64,000 nucleotides of DNA, taken from an uncultured Elusimicrobia bacterium. GTDB lineage: Bacteria > Elusimicrobiota > Elusimicrobia > UBA1565 > UBA9628. Positions 27,718-37,093 of the stretch are shown one piece after another. The stretch's first letter is position 1; every line of letters starts with the position of its first letter. The notes beneath the pieces are model-generated. The model was not told the origin of the DNA. It worked only from the letters and a program-made list of their open reading frames with translations, and made no database searches. The stretch lies in contig CAIKVT010000058.1 in NCBI GenBank assembly GCA_903830945.1, positions 75,487 to 139,486 of the forward strand, written 5' to 3'. The translations under genes were made by a program, and so were the position numbers.

Positions 27718-29631
27718 CTATAGAAAATGCAGCGTGTGAGTGCCGCGCAGGCGGCGCAATAGCAGGCCGTCGGGGGCCTGCTCGGCCGCGGCGTCGGACG
27801 GCTCGATGCGGTCGAACTTCCATCCCGTCGGCGCGCGCAGCAGGAGACCGTCGATCGGTTTCATTGCGGAGACGGTCACCGTCTTGGCGGCGGCGTTCGC
27901 GTCTACCTCGACTGCGTCACGCGCCGCCCACCAGGCGCCCATCTGGGACAGCGTGCCGAACCAGGCGCGCTCCTTCCACGTCGTGATGAAGCCTTTCTCG
28001 AAGTCGAGCTTGCCCTTGATGACGTCCGGATGGATCAGGATGACGAACAGGCCCCCGTAGCCGGACAGCGTTTCGGCCAACGCGAGCGCCTGCGGCAGGC
28101 GGTCGCTCAGGACCGGCGACGCCTCGTCCTCGATCGTGACCGGAAACTCATATAGGGGCGTCTCGACGCGTGACTCGCGTGACTCGGTCAGGCGGTAGGG
28201 CAGATGAGTCAGCGAGTTATTCGCCGTGGACGCCGAGCTGTATAGGTAGCCCGCCGCGCGCAGGGCCTGCGGCAGACAATAGGGGTCCGATAGATGGCCT
28301 GGGCGGAACGAGACGATCGGCGGGACGCCCAGCAGGGCCTCGAGCAGGAATTTGCTGACGCGCAATTCGCCGAGGATGGTGCCGCCCTCGGTGATGGTCT
28401 TGTTCATGACGCGCGGCTGGTACGAGGGATACCTTTCCTGTCCGCTTCCCATCGGGAACTTTGCAAACTGCCGAGAGTGCGCCACCGAGTGGCTTGCCAG
28501 TTCGGGAGCGGCCGCGGCGATCTGGCGCATCAGCGCCAAGTTTCTTGGGATGAAAAAGGCCGCATCGCTGAAGTCGGTCATGTGCTTCGTCTGTAGGAAA
28601 TAAGTCGCCGGAATGCCCGCCTGACGCTCGTAGTCTTCGTAGGCCGTGGAGTTCCCCACGGAGGGCAGATAGTCGATGTCATGTGTCACAAGCACGGACA
28701 GCGCCTTGCCCATCGGGACCGTGCCGAGCGTCGCCGCGGCGGGTTCGCCGCGGCGGTAGAGTTCCGCGATCAGGCGCATGAACACGTCGGCGGCGGGTTC
28801 ATAGTCGTTTGTGTACGAACGCTCGATCTGTTCATCGCGCAAGCTGTGGCTGACGTGCATGAGTTGTCCAAGGTCCAGGCCAATCGCGTAGGCCGTCCCA
28901 CGACCGAGATGTCGACGGAGCATCGCGGCGGAGCCGCCGTCGAAATCGGCCAGGGGCGGTTCGGCTGTGCCAGAATAGCCGACGGTGTCCAGGTCGCGTC
29001 CTCCCGTCAGCCATGTCAGCGGCACCGTCGTCTCCTTCGGGTGCGTCAACGGCGCCAGTTCGCGGATCGCGGGCCGGAAGCGCCATGTACCGCGCGCGCG
29101 GGAGGATTTGGCTTCTCGATATCCGAAGATATCCTTCCATGACGCGGCCGATGGGTTTACGGCGATCAGGGTCGCGCCGCCGCGCACGGCAGTCTCGAGC
29201 CCTGCCCGCGCCTCGGCGGGCAATCCGGCGTCCGTCAGGTCTGGGAAGACCGCGATGACGCGATGCGCGGCAGCCGCGCGCCAGTCCCGCGTCAGCATGA
29301 ATGGTACGCCCCAGCTCTTGAGGGCGTGCGCGAACGCCAGCCAACCCCAGCCTTTATCGGTGCGCGTCAGTAGGACCGCCAGGCGCGAGCGGCCGCCATT
29401 CGCGTACGTCTCGATAGGCGTTGGCGCGCCCTCAACGACGATACTGTGCTCCTGCGGCCCTGAGACACCGAGCGAGTCGGTCCGACCGACAGGCGTCGCT
29501 GTTTCCTCGATGACGTCGTGTTCCCGCGGCCCCCAGACACCGAATGAGCCGGTCCGATCCCAAAGGAAGACCGCCGCGATGAGGAGAGCGGCTGCCACCG
29601 TCGTGGCGCTCGCGACGAGTCGAGTCTTCAT
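27718..29631 (-). CDS. Polysaccharide deacetylase (CE4/NodB-like) domain protein
   Basis: VTHDIDY, ATYFLQT, ELASHSVAH, SFRPG, ILIHP; N-terminal anchor. Confidence 0.8.
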   Translation of the reverse strand: MKTRLVASATTVAAALLIAAVFLWDRTGSFGVWGPREHDVIEETATPVGRTDSLGVSGPQEHSIVVEGAPTPIETYANGGRSRLAVLLTRTDKGWGWLAFAHALKSWGVPFMLTRDWRAAAAHRVIAVFPDLTDAGLPAEARAGLETAVRGGATLIAVNPSAASWKDIFGYREAKSSRARGTWRFRPAIRELAPLTHPKETTVPLTWLTGGRDLDTVGYSGTAEPPLADFDGGSAAMLRRHLGRGTAYAIGLDLGQLMHVSHSLRDEQIERSYTNDYEPAADVFMRLIAELYRRGEPAAATLGTVPMGKALSVLVTHDIDYLPSVGNSTAYEDYERQAGIPATYFLQTKHMTDFSDAAFFIPRNLALMRQIAAAAPELASHSVAHSRQFAKFPMGSGQERYPSYQPRVMNKTITEGGTILGELRVSKFLLEALLGVPPIVSFRPGHLSDPYCLPQALRAAGYLYSSASTANNSLTHLPYRLTESRESRVETPLYEFPVTIEDEASPVLSDRLPQALALAETLSGYGGLFVILIHPDVIKGKLDFEKGFITTWKERAWFGTLSQMGAWWAARDAVEVDANAAAKTVTVSAMKPIDGLLLRAPTGWKFDRIEPSDAAAEQAPDGLLLRRLRGTHTLHFL

Positions 29632-32123
29632 CAGGGCTGGAAGCGGTAGAAGGCGTTCAATGCGTCGATGTGGCGCAGGATGGCCGCATTGCCGGCCTGC
29701 TCCCGCTCGGGTGTGACTAGGTTCCGCTCTCCGGCCGGGTCGCGCTCCAGGTCGAAGAAATAGGACGCGAAGTTCATCCCATCGGCGATGTAGAGGCGGC
29801 GGCCGTCATCCTGGAGCAGGCCGTAGACCGGGGCGTAGCTGGAGACTACGGGCCTCTCGGCGCGCGCGGTGCGCGCGAGCTCCTCGTGGCTGGAGGCTAA
29901 CAGCGGTCGTCCCAGGACCTCCCCGTCCGTCTGAGGAGAGCGGCCGAGCAGGGCATAGAGGGTGGGAGTGATGTCCGTCAGGAAGGCCGCGGAATCCGTG
30001 TCCCAGACCAGGCTGCGGCGCAGGCGCTCCGGGACGTGCATGATGAGCGGCACGCGCAGGATCTCTGGGAAGATGGTGTAGGCGTGCCCTCTGCGGCCGC
30101 CTTCGCCTAGAGAGTCGCCATGGTCCGCGGCTAGGACCAGGATGCTGTCCTCATAGAGACCGGCTTTCTTCAGTTTGGCGAGGAAGCGTCCGAAACAGGC
30201 GTCGAGCCGGGCCACGCGGCTGGCATAGGGCGCATCGAAGCCGGGGTAGCCCTTTCCATCCACGGCGCGCTGCCCTTCCCGGTCGATGACCGAGACGTGC
30301 AGGTCCTGCGTCTGCAGGTAGGAGAACACGGGGCCCGGCCCCCGCAGGGCCAGCTTGTCGGAGAGCTCCGCCAAAGTCGGACAGGTCGTGGGCAGGGCGA
30401 CGGGGGGTGGGCCGCCCAGAGGAGTCAGAGCCGGGGAACGCTCGAGCAGCTCCCAAAGGATCGGATCGACCGCGACCAGGCTCCGATAGCCCTCCTCCTT
30501 GGTGAGGCGTTCTAGACAGTTCATGGGCGCGAAAGGCGTCACGTACTGTTTGTGCGGGAGTCGGGCGCCGGCCCAGATGGAGGGCTCGGAGAGGCCTGTG
30601 GCACCGTAGGAGGTGAAAGCCCGGCGCCAGACCAAGGAATCTTTGGCGAAGGCGTCGATGGCGGGGGTGAAGTCCGCCTTGGGATTGTAGGTTCCGAGAT
30701 AGTCCGGCCGGAGGCTGTCGATGACGATGATGAAGATATTGGGTTTGCGTGTCAACGCTCCCGGAGGCGCGCCCGCCATGCCGATGTCACGGGGAGCGAT
30801 CGGGGTCTGGCGGGATATGTTGGTGTTGGCGTTCAGGACACCATAGAAATTCCCCGCCGCGCTCCGGTGCCGGAAGAGCCGCCGCGCGGCTCGTGCGGAC
30901 AATTCCTCTTCCGCGAGCTTGCGCACCGCCGGAGCGACCGCCTTACCGGCCAGCCGGAGCTGAGGGGATGCGTAGGTCAAGGCCGCGTCCGCGCTCCAGG
31001 CCAAGAGGATGCAGACCGAGACGGCCGCCAGGTCCCGCATCCCAGGGTCGGCCGCGGGGCCGGGGCGCCGGCGCATCCATCCGTGGAAGAAGACGAAGGC
31101 CGCGGCCCAGATGGCTAGAACGCCGAAGGTGGCGATGACGCGGTCCCAATCCACGCTGATGGCGAAGCGGAGGACCCAAGGGGAGGCGGCCAGCAGCAAG
31201 AGGCCGGCCAGCCGGCCCGGTAGGCTCTTCCAGGCCGGGCGCCAGAGAGACGCCAGGGGGGCGGTTAGGAAGTCCAAGGCGTCTACCATAGGATCCGGGC
31301 GAGCCGTCGCTAGGTCGCTGGCTTGGCCAAGGAGCGCTAGGACCGTGGCTCCGGTCCCTGCCGCGGCCCAGATCCAGGCCGCCGGGCCGGAGAAGGAGAG
31401 TGAGCTCAGAAGCAGGGAGTCGAGGGCCCAGAAGATGAAGGCGCCGAGCCCGGTTAGGAGCAGCAGCGCTTCGCTGCGGACCCTGCTGCCGGGCAGAATC
31501 CTTGCCGCGGTCCGGGCCAGGTCGCAGCAGATGAACAGGGCCAGGAAGGTGAGGAGGTGGGAGAGCAGGCTTTCTCCCAGCGCGAGTGCCGCGATCCAGC
31601 GCACGGAGCCGGCCCAGGCCGTGCCGTGTGCCAGCAGGTGCGCGGTCGTGAAGGCCGTAAAAATAAGACCCGCGGCCAGGAGCGCGGCGGGCAGGCGCGC
31701 GCGCAGCGCGGCCGCATCGGGCTCATCCGCCCAGGTCAGCCGTCGTTGCCTTGCGAGCAACCGGAGGGTCTCCCAGGATATCAGAGGCAGCCAGCAGAGC
31801 GCGCTCAGGAGCAGGCTCCAACCGTTGTTGCCGACCTGTCCGGACATAAGCGGCCAGGACACGGCAAGCGCCATTGTGCCGGTCGCCAAGGCGAAGGCCT
31901 GACGCCACCTGGAGAGCGTTAGCGCCGCGAGCGCCAGCGCGGCGCCCAGGAAGATGGCGTGAACTCTTAAGAAGAAGCCGACCCAAAGGGGATAATGATG
32001 GTCCTGGATGAAATTTTTCCAGGAGAACGGGATGTAGCAGAGCAGACAGTAGAGAGAGGTGGCCGCGGCGACGGAGAAAAGGGCCCACCGGGCTAGGGCC
32101 GCGAGCCGCAGGGAGTTTTTCAT
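29631..32123 (-). CDS. Membrane sulfatase-fold transferase (LtaS/EptA/BcsG-like)
   Basis: About 12 TM N-terminus; PNIFIIVIDSLRPD, SYGATGLS, ADHGDSLGE..GH, LRVPLIM. Confidence 0.8.
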   Translation of the reverse strand: MKNSLRLAALARWALFSVAAATSLYCLLCYIPFSWKNFIQDHHYPLWVGFFLRVHAIFLGAALALAALTLSRWRQAFALATGTMALAVSWPLMSGQVGNNGWSLLLSALCWLPLISWETLRLLARQRRLTWADEPDAAALRARLPAALLAAGLIFTAFTTAHLLAHGTAWAGSVRWIAALALGESLLSHLLTFLALFICCDLARTAARILPGSRVRSEALLLLTGLGAFIFWALDSLLLSSLSFSGPAAWIWAAAGTGATVLALLGQASDLATARPDPMVDALDFLTAPLASLWRPAWKSLPGRLAGLLLLAASPWVLRFAISVDWDRVIATFGVLAIWAAAFVFFHGWMRRRPGPAADPGMRDLAAVSVCILLAWSADAALTYASPQLRLAGKAVAPAVRKLAEEELSARAARRLFRHRSAAGNFYGVLNANTNISRQTPIAPRDIGMAGAPPGALTRKPNIFIIVIDSLRPDYLGTYNPKADFTPAIDAFAKDSLVWRRAFTSYGATGLSEPSIWAGARLPHKQYVTPFAPMNCLERLTKEEGYRSLVAVDPILWELLERSPALTPLGGPPPVALPTTCPTLAELSDKLALRGPGPVFSYLQTQDLHVSVIDREGQRAVDGKGYPGFDAPYASRVARLDACFGRFLAKLKKAGLYEDSILVLAADHGDSLGEGGRRGHAYTIFPEILRVPLIMHVPERLRRSLVWDTDSAAFLTDITPTLYALLGRSPQTDGEVLGRPLLASSHEELARTARAERPVVSSYAPVYGLLQDDGRRLYIADGMNFASYFFDLERDPAGERNLVTPEREQAGNAAILRHIDALNAFYRFQP

Positions 32124-32956
32124 TTGGACCCTTCTCGCTTCAATTGAGCTAGGGTGGCATGGGCCCGCAGGGCACAGGCGCGGTCGTCCAGTTTGTCGCA
32201 GACCCGCGCGAGTATGCGGTAGAGGTCCGCGTAGGAAGGGGACTGGCTCACGGCAGTGCGCAGCAGAGCCTGGGCGCGGGCGAACTGTCCCATCGCCTCG
32301 GCCAGCTGAGCTCCGGCCAAGAGCGCATCGACGTTTTTGGGATGGGCCTTGAGCACTTCATCTACGAGGCGCTGAGCCTGCGCGCGATCGCCTTCCTCGC
32401 GCAGGATGCGCGCCAGCCCCAGTTTGGCGTCGCTGTAGTCGGGAGTGGTCCTTAGGATGGAGGAATAGAGTGTTTTGGCTTCCTGGCTTTGGCCGGCCTG
32501 TTCCAAGGGCAGGGCCAGGAATAAGGCCAAGTCAGGTTGGGAAGGGTCAAGTGCCAGGCAGCGGCGGTGGGCGGCTATGGCTTGGTCGGTCCGGCCTAGT
32601 TTCTCGTAGGCTTGGCCTAACTGGGGACAGGCGTCCGTGGGCGTGGGTGTGACCGTGATGAAGAGTTCCCAGGAGGCCGCTTCCTTTGGAAAATCATTGA
32701 GCTGGGCATAAGCTCGGGCTTGGGCGGATAGGTATATAGGATTGTTCGGAGCGCCGCGTAGGAGCTTTTGGACGAGTCCCAGGGTTCGTGCGGGTTCGCC
32801 CTCGTCGCTGGCCTCCTGGACCTGGGCCCAGAGTGCTTTGGCTTTTTCCGGGGATAGGCGTGCGGGCCGGTCGCCGGTCGCGCTGCCAGCGGTCCAGAAG
32901 AGAACCGCGGCCATGAGGATCCTCCCTGCGAGCGGCTGCAGGGCCCGAGCATCCAT
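32120..32956 (-). CDS. Secreted TPR-repeat protein
   Basis: Signal-like N-terminus and TPR patterns (LGQAYEKLG, ALDP, PDYSDAKLGLA); start may be 32914. Confidence 0.8.
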   Translation of the reverse strand: MDARALQPLAGRILMAAVLFWTAGSATGDRPARLSPEKAKALWAQVQEASDEGEPARTLGLVQKLLRGAPNNPIYLSAQARAYAQLNDFPKEAASWELFITVTPTPTDACPQLGQAYEKLGRTDQAIAAHRRCLALDPSQPDLALFLALPLEQAGQSQEAKTLYSSILRTTPDYSDAKLGLARILREEGDRAQAQRLVDEVLKAHPKNVDALLAGAQLAEAMGQFARAQALLRTAVSQSPSYADLYRILARVCDKLDDRACALRAHATLAQLKREGSK

Positions 32957-34848
32957 CAGAAGTTGTAGCGGGCCTGGAGGCCGAGTGAGTAGGACTGGTC
33001 GCGCACCGTTGTCGTGGACACTCGCCCCAGGGCCTTGAGCGCGAGGTTCTCCCGTTGGTACCATTCTAGCTCGCCTATATAGGCGTTGCCCTCGTAGTGG
33101 CTCCGGATCGCATCCCAGATGAAGCCGTGTTCGTAGCCCACCATGCTCCAGAGCCCACCGAAGCGTCGGGGGTGGATTCCTTCCCCGCCCCGGCAGCCCC
33201 AACAGCAGGGGCAGGCCTGGTTCCAACCGTGTCGCCAGTAGGCTCCCATCCAATGGTCTTGCTCGCTGGTTGATAGGTAGTTGCCTGCCGGCAGCAGGTA
33301 TTGGAGCGTGGAGAGCCGATAGCTGCCGGAGAATTCCTTGCACCAGGGCAGCCAGCCCGTGGCTTCGGCGTTGAAATCATCGGTGTGGTTGGCATCGGTG
33401 AAGAAGGTCCGGCCGTAAGAGAGGGAGAGGAGGTACTTGTCTTCTTGGAGCCGGCGCGCCATGATGCTGATGCGGTCCATGTCGACATAGCCCAGGCGGT
33501 TATCCGGGGTGGCTCCGTAGAACTCCTGGGGACTGCGCGAATAGCGCGCCTGGAGAAGGTTGTTGCCTGATTCTTTCGTGGCTAGGAGCGACCAGGTCTT
33601 GTATGTCGTGTGCTCGGAGTAGTTGTTGAGTCCGGCGCGACCTAGCAGGCCTAAGCCGAGGATGTAGGTCTCGAATTCGCCCTGCATGGAATCCTCGCGC
33701 AGCAGGGCTAAGTACGTGCTGCTTCCTGCGCCGCGCAAGTATGTCGGGGACCGGGTCAAGGTGAGTCGGGCGTTTCCTGCCTGGGTGTGCCACTCCCCAT
33801 AGAGTCGCGCCCGGGAGAACTGGGTGCGGCCCAAGCCCGCGCCGTGGATGTCATTGAGCAGGGATTGGCCGTACTCGCCCTCGAGTCTCACATTGCGCGT
33901 GGGGTCGGTCTCCATGCCGAGGGAATAGCGCTGGTCGAGAATGTTGTAATACGTGAAGCCTTGTGTGTCGTTGCGCTGCGCCTCCTGTCCGTATTCGGCG
34001 CCTCCGATGAAAGCAAGCTTGGCTGAGGACCGGTAGCGGGCCCGCAGCCCGCCGGAACGGCCTTCGTAGATGATGCGCTGGGGGCTGGCCGTGTTGAGAC
34101 CTTCTTGAGAAAGAGACTTGTAGATGCGGCCGGTAGGGAATATCCCGCTGGACCAGGACCTTTTTGAATCATCGAGTCTGCGCCAAGCGGCCGGGTCGCA
34201 GGGATCCGCTTGCGTCATTCCCTCCAGGGCGACCTGGACGCCTGGGTTGTCTCGCAGTCCTTTCCGGGCGCGGGCCATGAGGCCTAGGATGTAGGCGCTG
34301 TGCGGGGACTGGGCATCCCATCTTTGGAGGTAGCCGAGGGCCTCCTGGTACTCATCCAGGGAGAGGCAGACCAAAGAGAGCCCCTCGAAGGCGCCGCCGC
34401 TCTTGGGATCGAGCTTCAGCATTTTAAGGAAAATGGTCTTGGCCTTGGTGAGGTCGTCGCGTTGGAGCGCGGCCATGCCTTCGTCGTAAGATGGCGCGGC
34501 GGGCGCGGGGGCGGCATTCCCTGTCGGTAAAAGGCCCTCGCGGGCGCGGGCCATGAGGCCGAGGATGTAAGCACTGTGCGGGGATTGGGCGTCCCATCGC
34601 TGGAGGTAGCCGAGGGCTTCCGCGTATTGCTCTAGGGAGAGGTAGACCGATGAGAGTCCTTCCAAGGCGCCGCGACTTTCGGGGTCGCGCTCCAGCAGTT
34701 TTAGGAAGATGGCTTTGGCCCCTTGGAGGTCGCCGTGTTGGAGCGTGGCTATGCCCTCCTCGTAAGATGGCGCGGCGGCCTCGGCCGGCGCGGCGCGCAA
34801 GGGGGCGGCGGCTAAGGAGGCCAGCAGGAGTAAGGAGGCGCCGGTCAT
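32956..34848 (-). CDS. TPR plus outer-membrane beta-barrel export protein (PgaA/BcsC/YaiO-like architecture)
   Basis: Signal peptide, duplicated TPR module, amphipathic strands, C-terminal YSLGLQARYNF OMP signature. Confidence 0.75.
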   Translation of the reverse strand: MTGASLLLLASLAAAPLRAAPAEAAAPSYEEGIATLQHGDLQGAKAIFLKLLERDPESRGALEGLSSVYLSLEQYAEALGYLQRWDAQSPHSAYILGLMARAREGLLPTGNAAPAPAAPSYDEGMAALQRDDLTKAKTIFLKMLKLDPKSGGAFEGLSLVCLSLDEYQEALGYLQRWDAQSPHSAYILGLMARARKGLRDNPGVQVALEGMTQADPCDPAAWRRLDDSKRSWSSGIFPTGRIYKSLSQEGLNTASPQRIIYEGRSGGLRARYRSSAKLAFIGGAEYGQEAQRNDTQGFTYYNILDQRYSLGMETDPTRNVRLEGEYGQSLLNDIHGAGLGRTQFSRARLYGEWHTQAGNARLTLTRSPTYLRGAGSSTYLALLREDSMQGEFETYILGLGLLGRAGLNNYSEHTTYKTWSLLATKESGNNLLQARYSRSPQEFYGATPDNRLGYVDMDRISIMARRLQEDKYLLSLSYGRTFFTDANHTDDFNAEATGWLPWCKEFSGSYRLSTLQYLLPAGNYLSTSEQDHWMGAYWRHGWNQACPCCWGCRGGEGIHPRRFGGLWSMVGYEHGFIWDAIRSHYEGNAYIGELEWYQRENLALKALGRVSTTTVRDQSYSLGLQARYNF

Positions 34849-35231
34849 TTTCCTGCGGTGACCTTGGCGATGACGGCCCGAAGGTCCTTCGGGTCGAAGG
34901 GCTTCTCGAAGAAGACCGCCACCGAGGGGATGGCCTCGAAGAGGTGGCGCATGTCGCCTTTGGCCGTGACGACGACGATGGGCAAGGCCGCGGTGCGCGG
35001 GCAGTTCCGGATGGCGAGGGCCGCAGTATAGCCATCCATGATGGGCATCATCACATCCAGGATCATGAGGTCGGGCAGGACCAAGGCCTCGTCCGAGGGA
35101 TCGACACCCAACACGCGCAGGGCTTCTTGGCCGTTGCCGGCGGAGGAAACGTTATGCCCGGATTTTTCCAGGATGAAGCGCATCAGGGCGACGATGTGTT
35201 CTTCGTCGTCGACGATGAGTATTTTTGCCAT
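34845..35231 (-). CDS. Single-domain response regulator (receiver)
   Basis: ILIVDDE, PDLMILDVMMP, VVTAK, EKPF. Confidence 0.92.
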   Translation of the reverse strand: MAKILIVDDEEHIVALMRFILEKSGHNVSSAGNGQEALRVLGVDPSDEALVLPDLMILDVMMPIMDGYTAALAIRNCPRTAALPIVVVTAKGDMRHLFEAIPSVAVFFEKPFDPKDLRAVIAKVTAGK

Positions 35232-35264
35232 GAGATATAATTTATATCATATTCATCGGCACTT

Positions 35265-35777
35265 ATGGGAATCGAGGGGGCGGTCATCCTTTTGAGGGAG
35301 GTCCGGGTATTCCTGTCCGGGCTGCGTCGAGAGCTCCCGGAAATTTTTCTTAGGCCGACGTTTTTTTCCGCAGTTCCGCCCGCGGTCCCTGTCCCGGTCC
35401 GGGTGCGTCGTGCCGGTCCGAAAGATGCCGTCCGTGAGCTCTTTGAGTCCCGCGTGAAGCACTGGAGCGTACTGATGGGGTTCGCGCCCAAACGCGTGTT
35501 CCTTAAGAATCAGAGGACGCTATGGGGCAGCTGTTCTACGCGCGGCAACCTTAACTTCAACCGGGCCCTGGCGGATGCTCCGGCCGAGATCGTGGACTAC
35601 GTGGTTATCCACGAGCTGGCCCATCTCAAGGAGATGAACCATTCCCGTCGCTTCTGGGCCGTGGTCGAAGCTTGGTGCCCGCAGCAGAAGCAGCGCCGTC
35701 TCTGGCTGCGCCGGAACGTCTCCTTGTTGAAGCATCTCGCCTCGTCGAGCAGGAGCAGGACCCCAGTCGTCTCATAA
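35265..35777 (+). CDS. M48/SprT-like (YgjP/DUF45) zinc metallohydrolase
   Basis: WGSCS, DYVVIHELAHLKEMNHSRRFW. Confidence 0.85.
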   Translation: MGIEGAVILLREVRVFLSGLRRELPEIFLRPTFFSAVPPAVPVPVRVRRAGPKDAVRELFESRVKHWSVLMGFAPKRVFLKNQRTLWGSCSTRGNLNFNRALADAPAEIVDYVVIHELAHLKEMNHSRRFWAVVEAWCPQQKQRRLWLRRNVSLLKHLASSSRSRTPVVS

Positions 35778-35797
35778 TTTTGTAGAACAGAGTGGCC

Positions 35798-37093
35798 ATG
35801 CCGGGCTACACCAGCAACTTCACCTACCTCTCCTACATCATCGGCATCCCGGTGATCGACTCCGTTAGCGGTCGCGTGGTGGGACGCGTCGTCGACATGG
35901 CCGCGGGCCTGCGCGAGATGTATCCGCGCATCTCCGGAGCCATGATCGCGCGCGGCGGCTGGAACGGGCCGCGGGCCTATCTGCCGTGGAAGAGTGTCAA
36001 GTCTCTGGAACTGCGCAAGGCGCTGGTCGTCGAGGGCGCGGCCGAGGCTTTTGCTCAGGAGCCCAAGTTGGGCGACAACGAAATTCTTATTAAGGAAACC
36101 TTTTGGGATAAACAGATCGTGGACATTCATGGCTCCAAGGTCGTGCGGGTCAATGACCTGCACCTGCTGCGCGAGGACCCGAACTTGTGGGTCGTGCACA
36201 TGGACGTAGGCATCCCCGGCCTCTTGCGCCGGTTGGGCTGCTTTGGCACGTGCGACTGGCTCTTCAAGCTGGTTTTCTCTGTCGAGATTCGTGAGAAGTT
36301 CATCTCCTGGAAGTTCGTCCAGCCTATCACTTCCACCATCGGCAGCGACGCTTTGGCCCTGAAGGTGCACCACTCCAAGCTCTCAGAGCTCCATCCCGCG
36401 GATTTGGCTGAGATCTTCATCGACTTAGGCATTGACGAGCGGTTGCTTATCCTGCAGTCCTTGGACGATGCCACGGCCGCGCAAGCCTTCCAGGAGATGC
36501 CCCTGCCCGCGCGCGTGCAGATGGCTGAGACCATCCCGGAGGCGCGCTTGGCGGGCCTGGTCGATGGCATGGCCATGGATGAGGTCGTGGACCTCGTGGC
36601 ACAGCTTCCCAAGAAGAAGAAGGGCGCTCTTTTGCGCCGTCTGCCTCAGGATAAGGTCTTGCAAGTGATCAGTCTGCTGGAGGTCTCCCGGCGCGTGGCC
36701 GGCAGCATCATGAACACGACGTTCCTTTCCGTGAGGCGCGATGCCACCGCGACTCAGGTCCTAGATAAGGTCAAGGCCGAGGCTAAGCGCGTGGAGTCGA
36801 TCTATCATACCTACGTGGTCGATGAGAACGACGAGCTGGTGGGCGTGGTCACCTTGCGCCAGTTGCTGACCGCTCCCGGGGAGGCGCCGGTGGCGGGGTT
36901 CATGCGCAAGCGCGTGGTCCGGGTCAAGGTGGACACCAATATCAAGGACGTGGCGGATATCTTCCTGAAGTACGACTTCACAGTCCTGCCGGTTGTGGAC
37001 CGACGCAGCCGTGTCCAGGGCACTATCACCATGAAGGACGCGGTGGAAGCCGTGTTCCGGCAGGTGCGTAGCGAAGCGGAGACGGTGAAATGA
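35798..37093 (+). CDS. MgtE cytoplasmic-domain protein (PRC barrel, MgtE_N, CBS pair), no TM domain
   Basis: DKQIVDIHGSKVVRVND, LHPADLAEI, AGSIM, YVVD..LVGVVTLRQLL, LPVVD. Confidence 0.85.
   Translation: MPGYTSNFTYLSYIIGIPVIDSVSGRVVGRVVDMAAGLREMYPRISGAMIARGGWNGPRAYLPWKSVKSLELRKALVVEGAAEAFAQEPKLGDNEILIKETFWDKQIVDIHGSKVVRVNDLHLLREDPNLWVVHMDVGIPGLLRRLGCFGTCDWLFKLVFSVEIREKFISWKFVQPITSTIGSDALALKVHHSKLSELHPADLAEIFIDLGIDERLLILQSLDDATAAQAFQEMPLPARVQMAETIPEARLAGLVDGMAMDEVVDLVAQLPKKKKGALLRRLPQDKVLQVISLLEVSRRVAGSIMNTTFLSVRRDATATQVLDKVKAEAKRVESIYHTYVVDENDELVGVVTLRQLLTAPGEAPVAGFMRKRVVRVKVDTNIKDVADIFLKYDFTVLPVVDRRSRVQGTITMKDAVEAVFRQVRSEAETVK

Noticed and set aside
32957-33343. N-terminal extension of the TPR ORF
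   Set aside because: Shadow frame of the beta-barrel gene.
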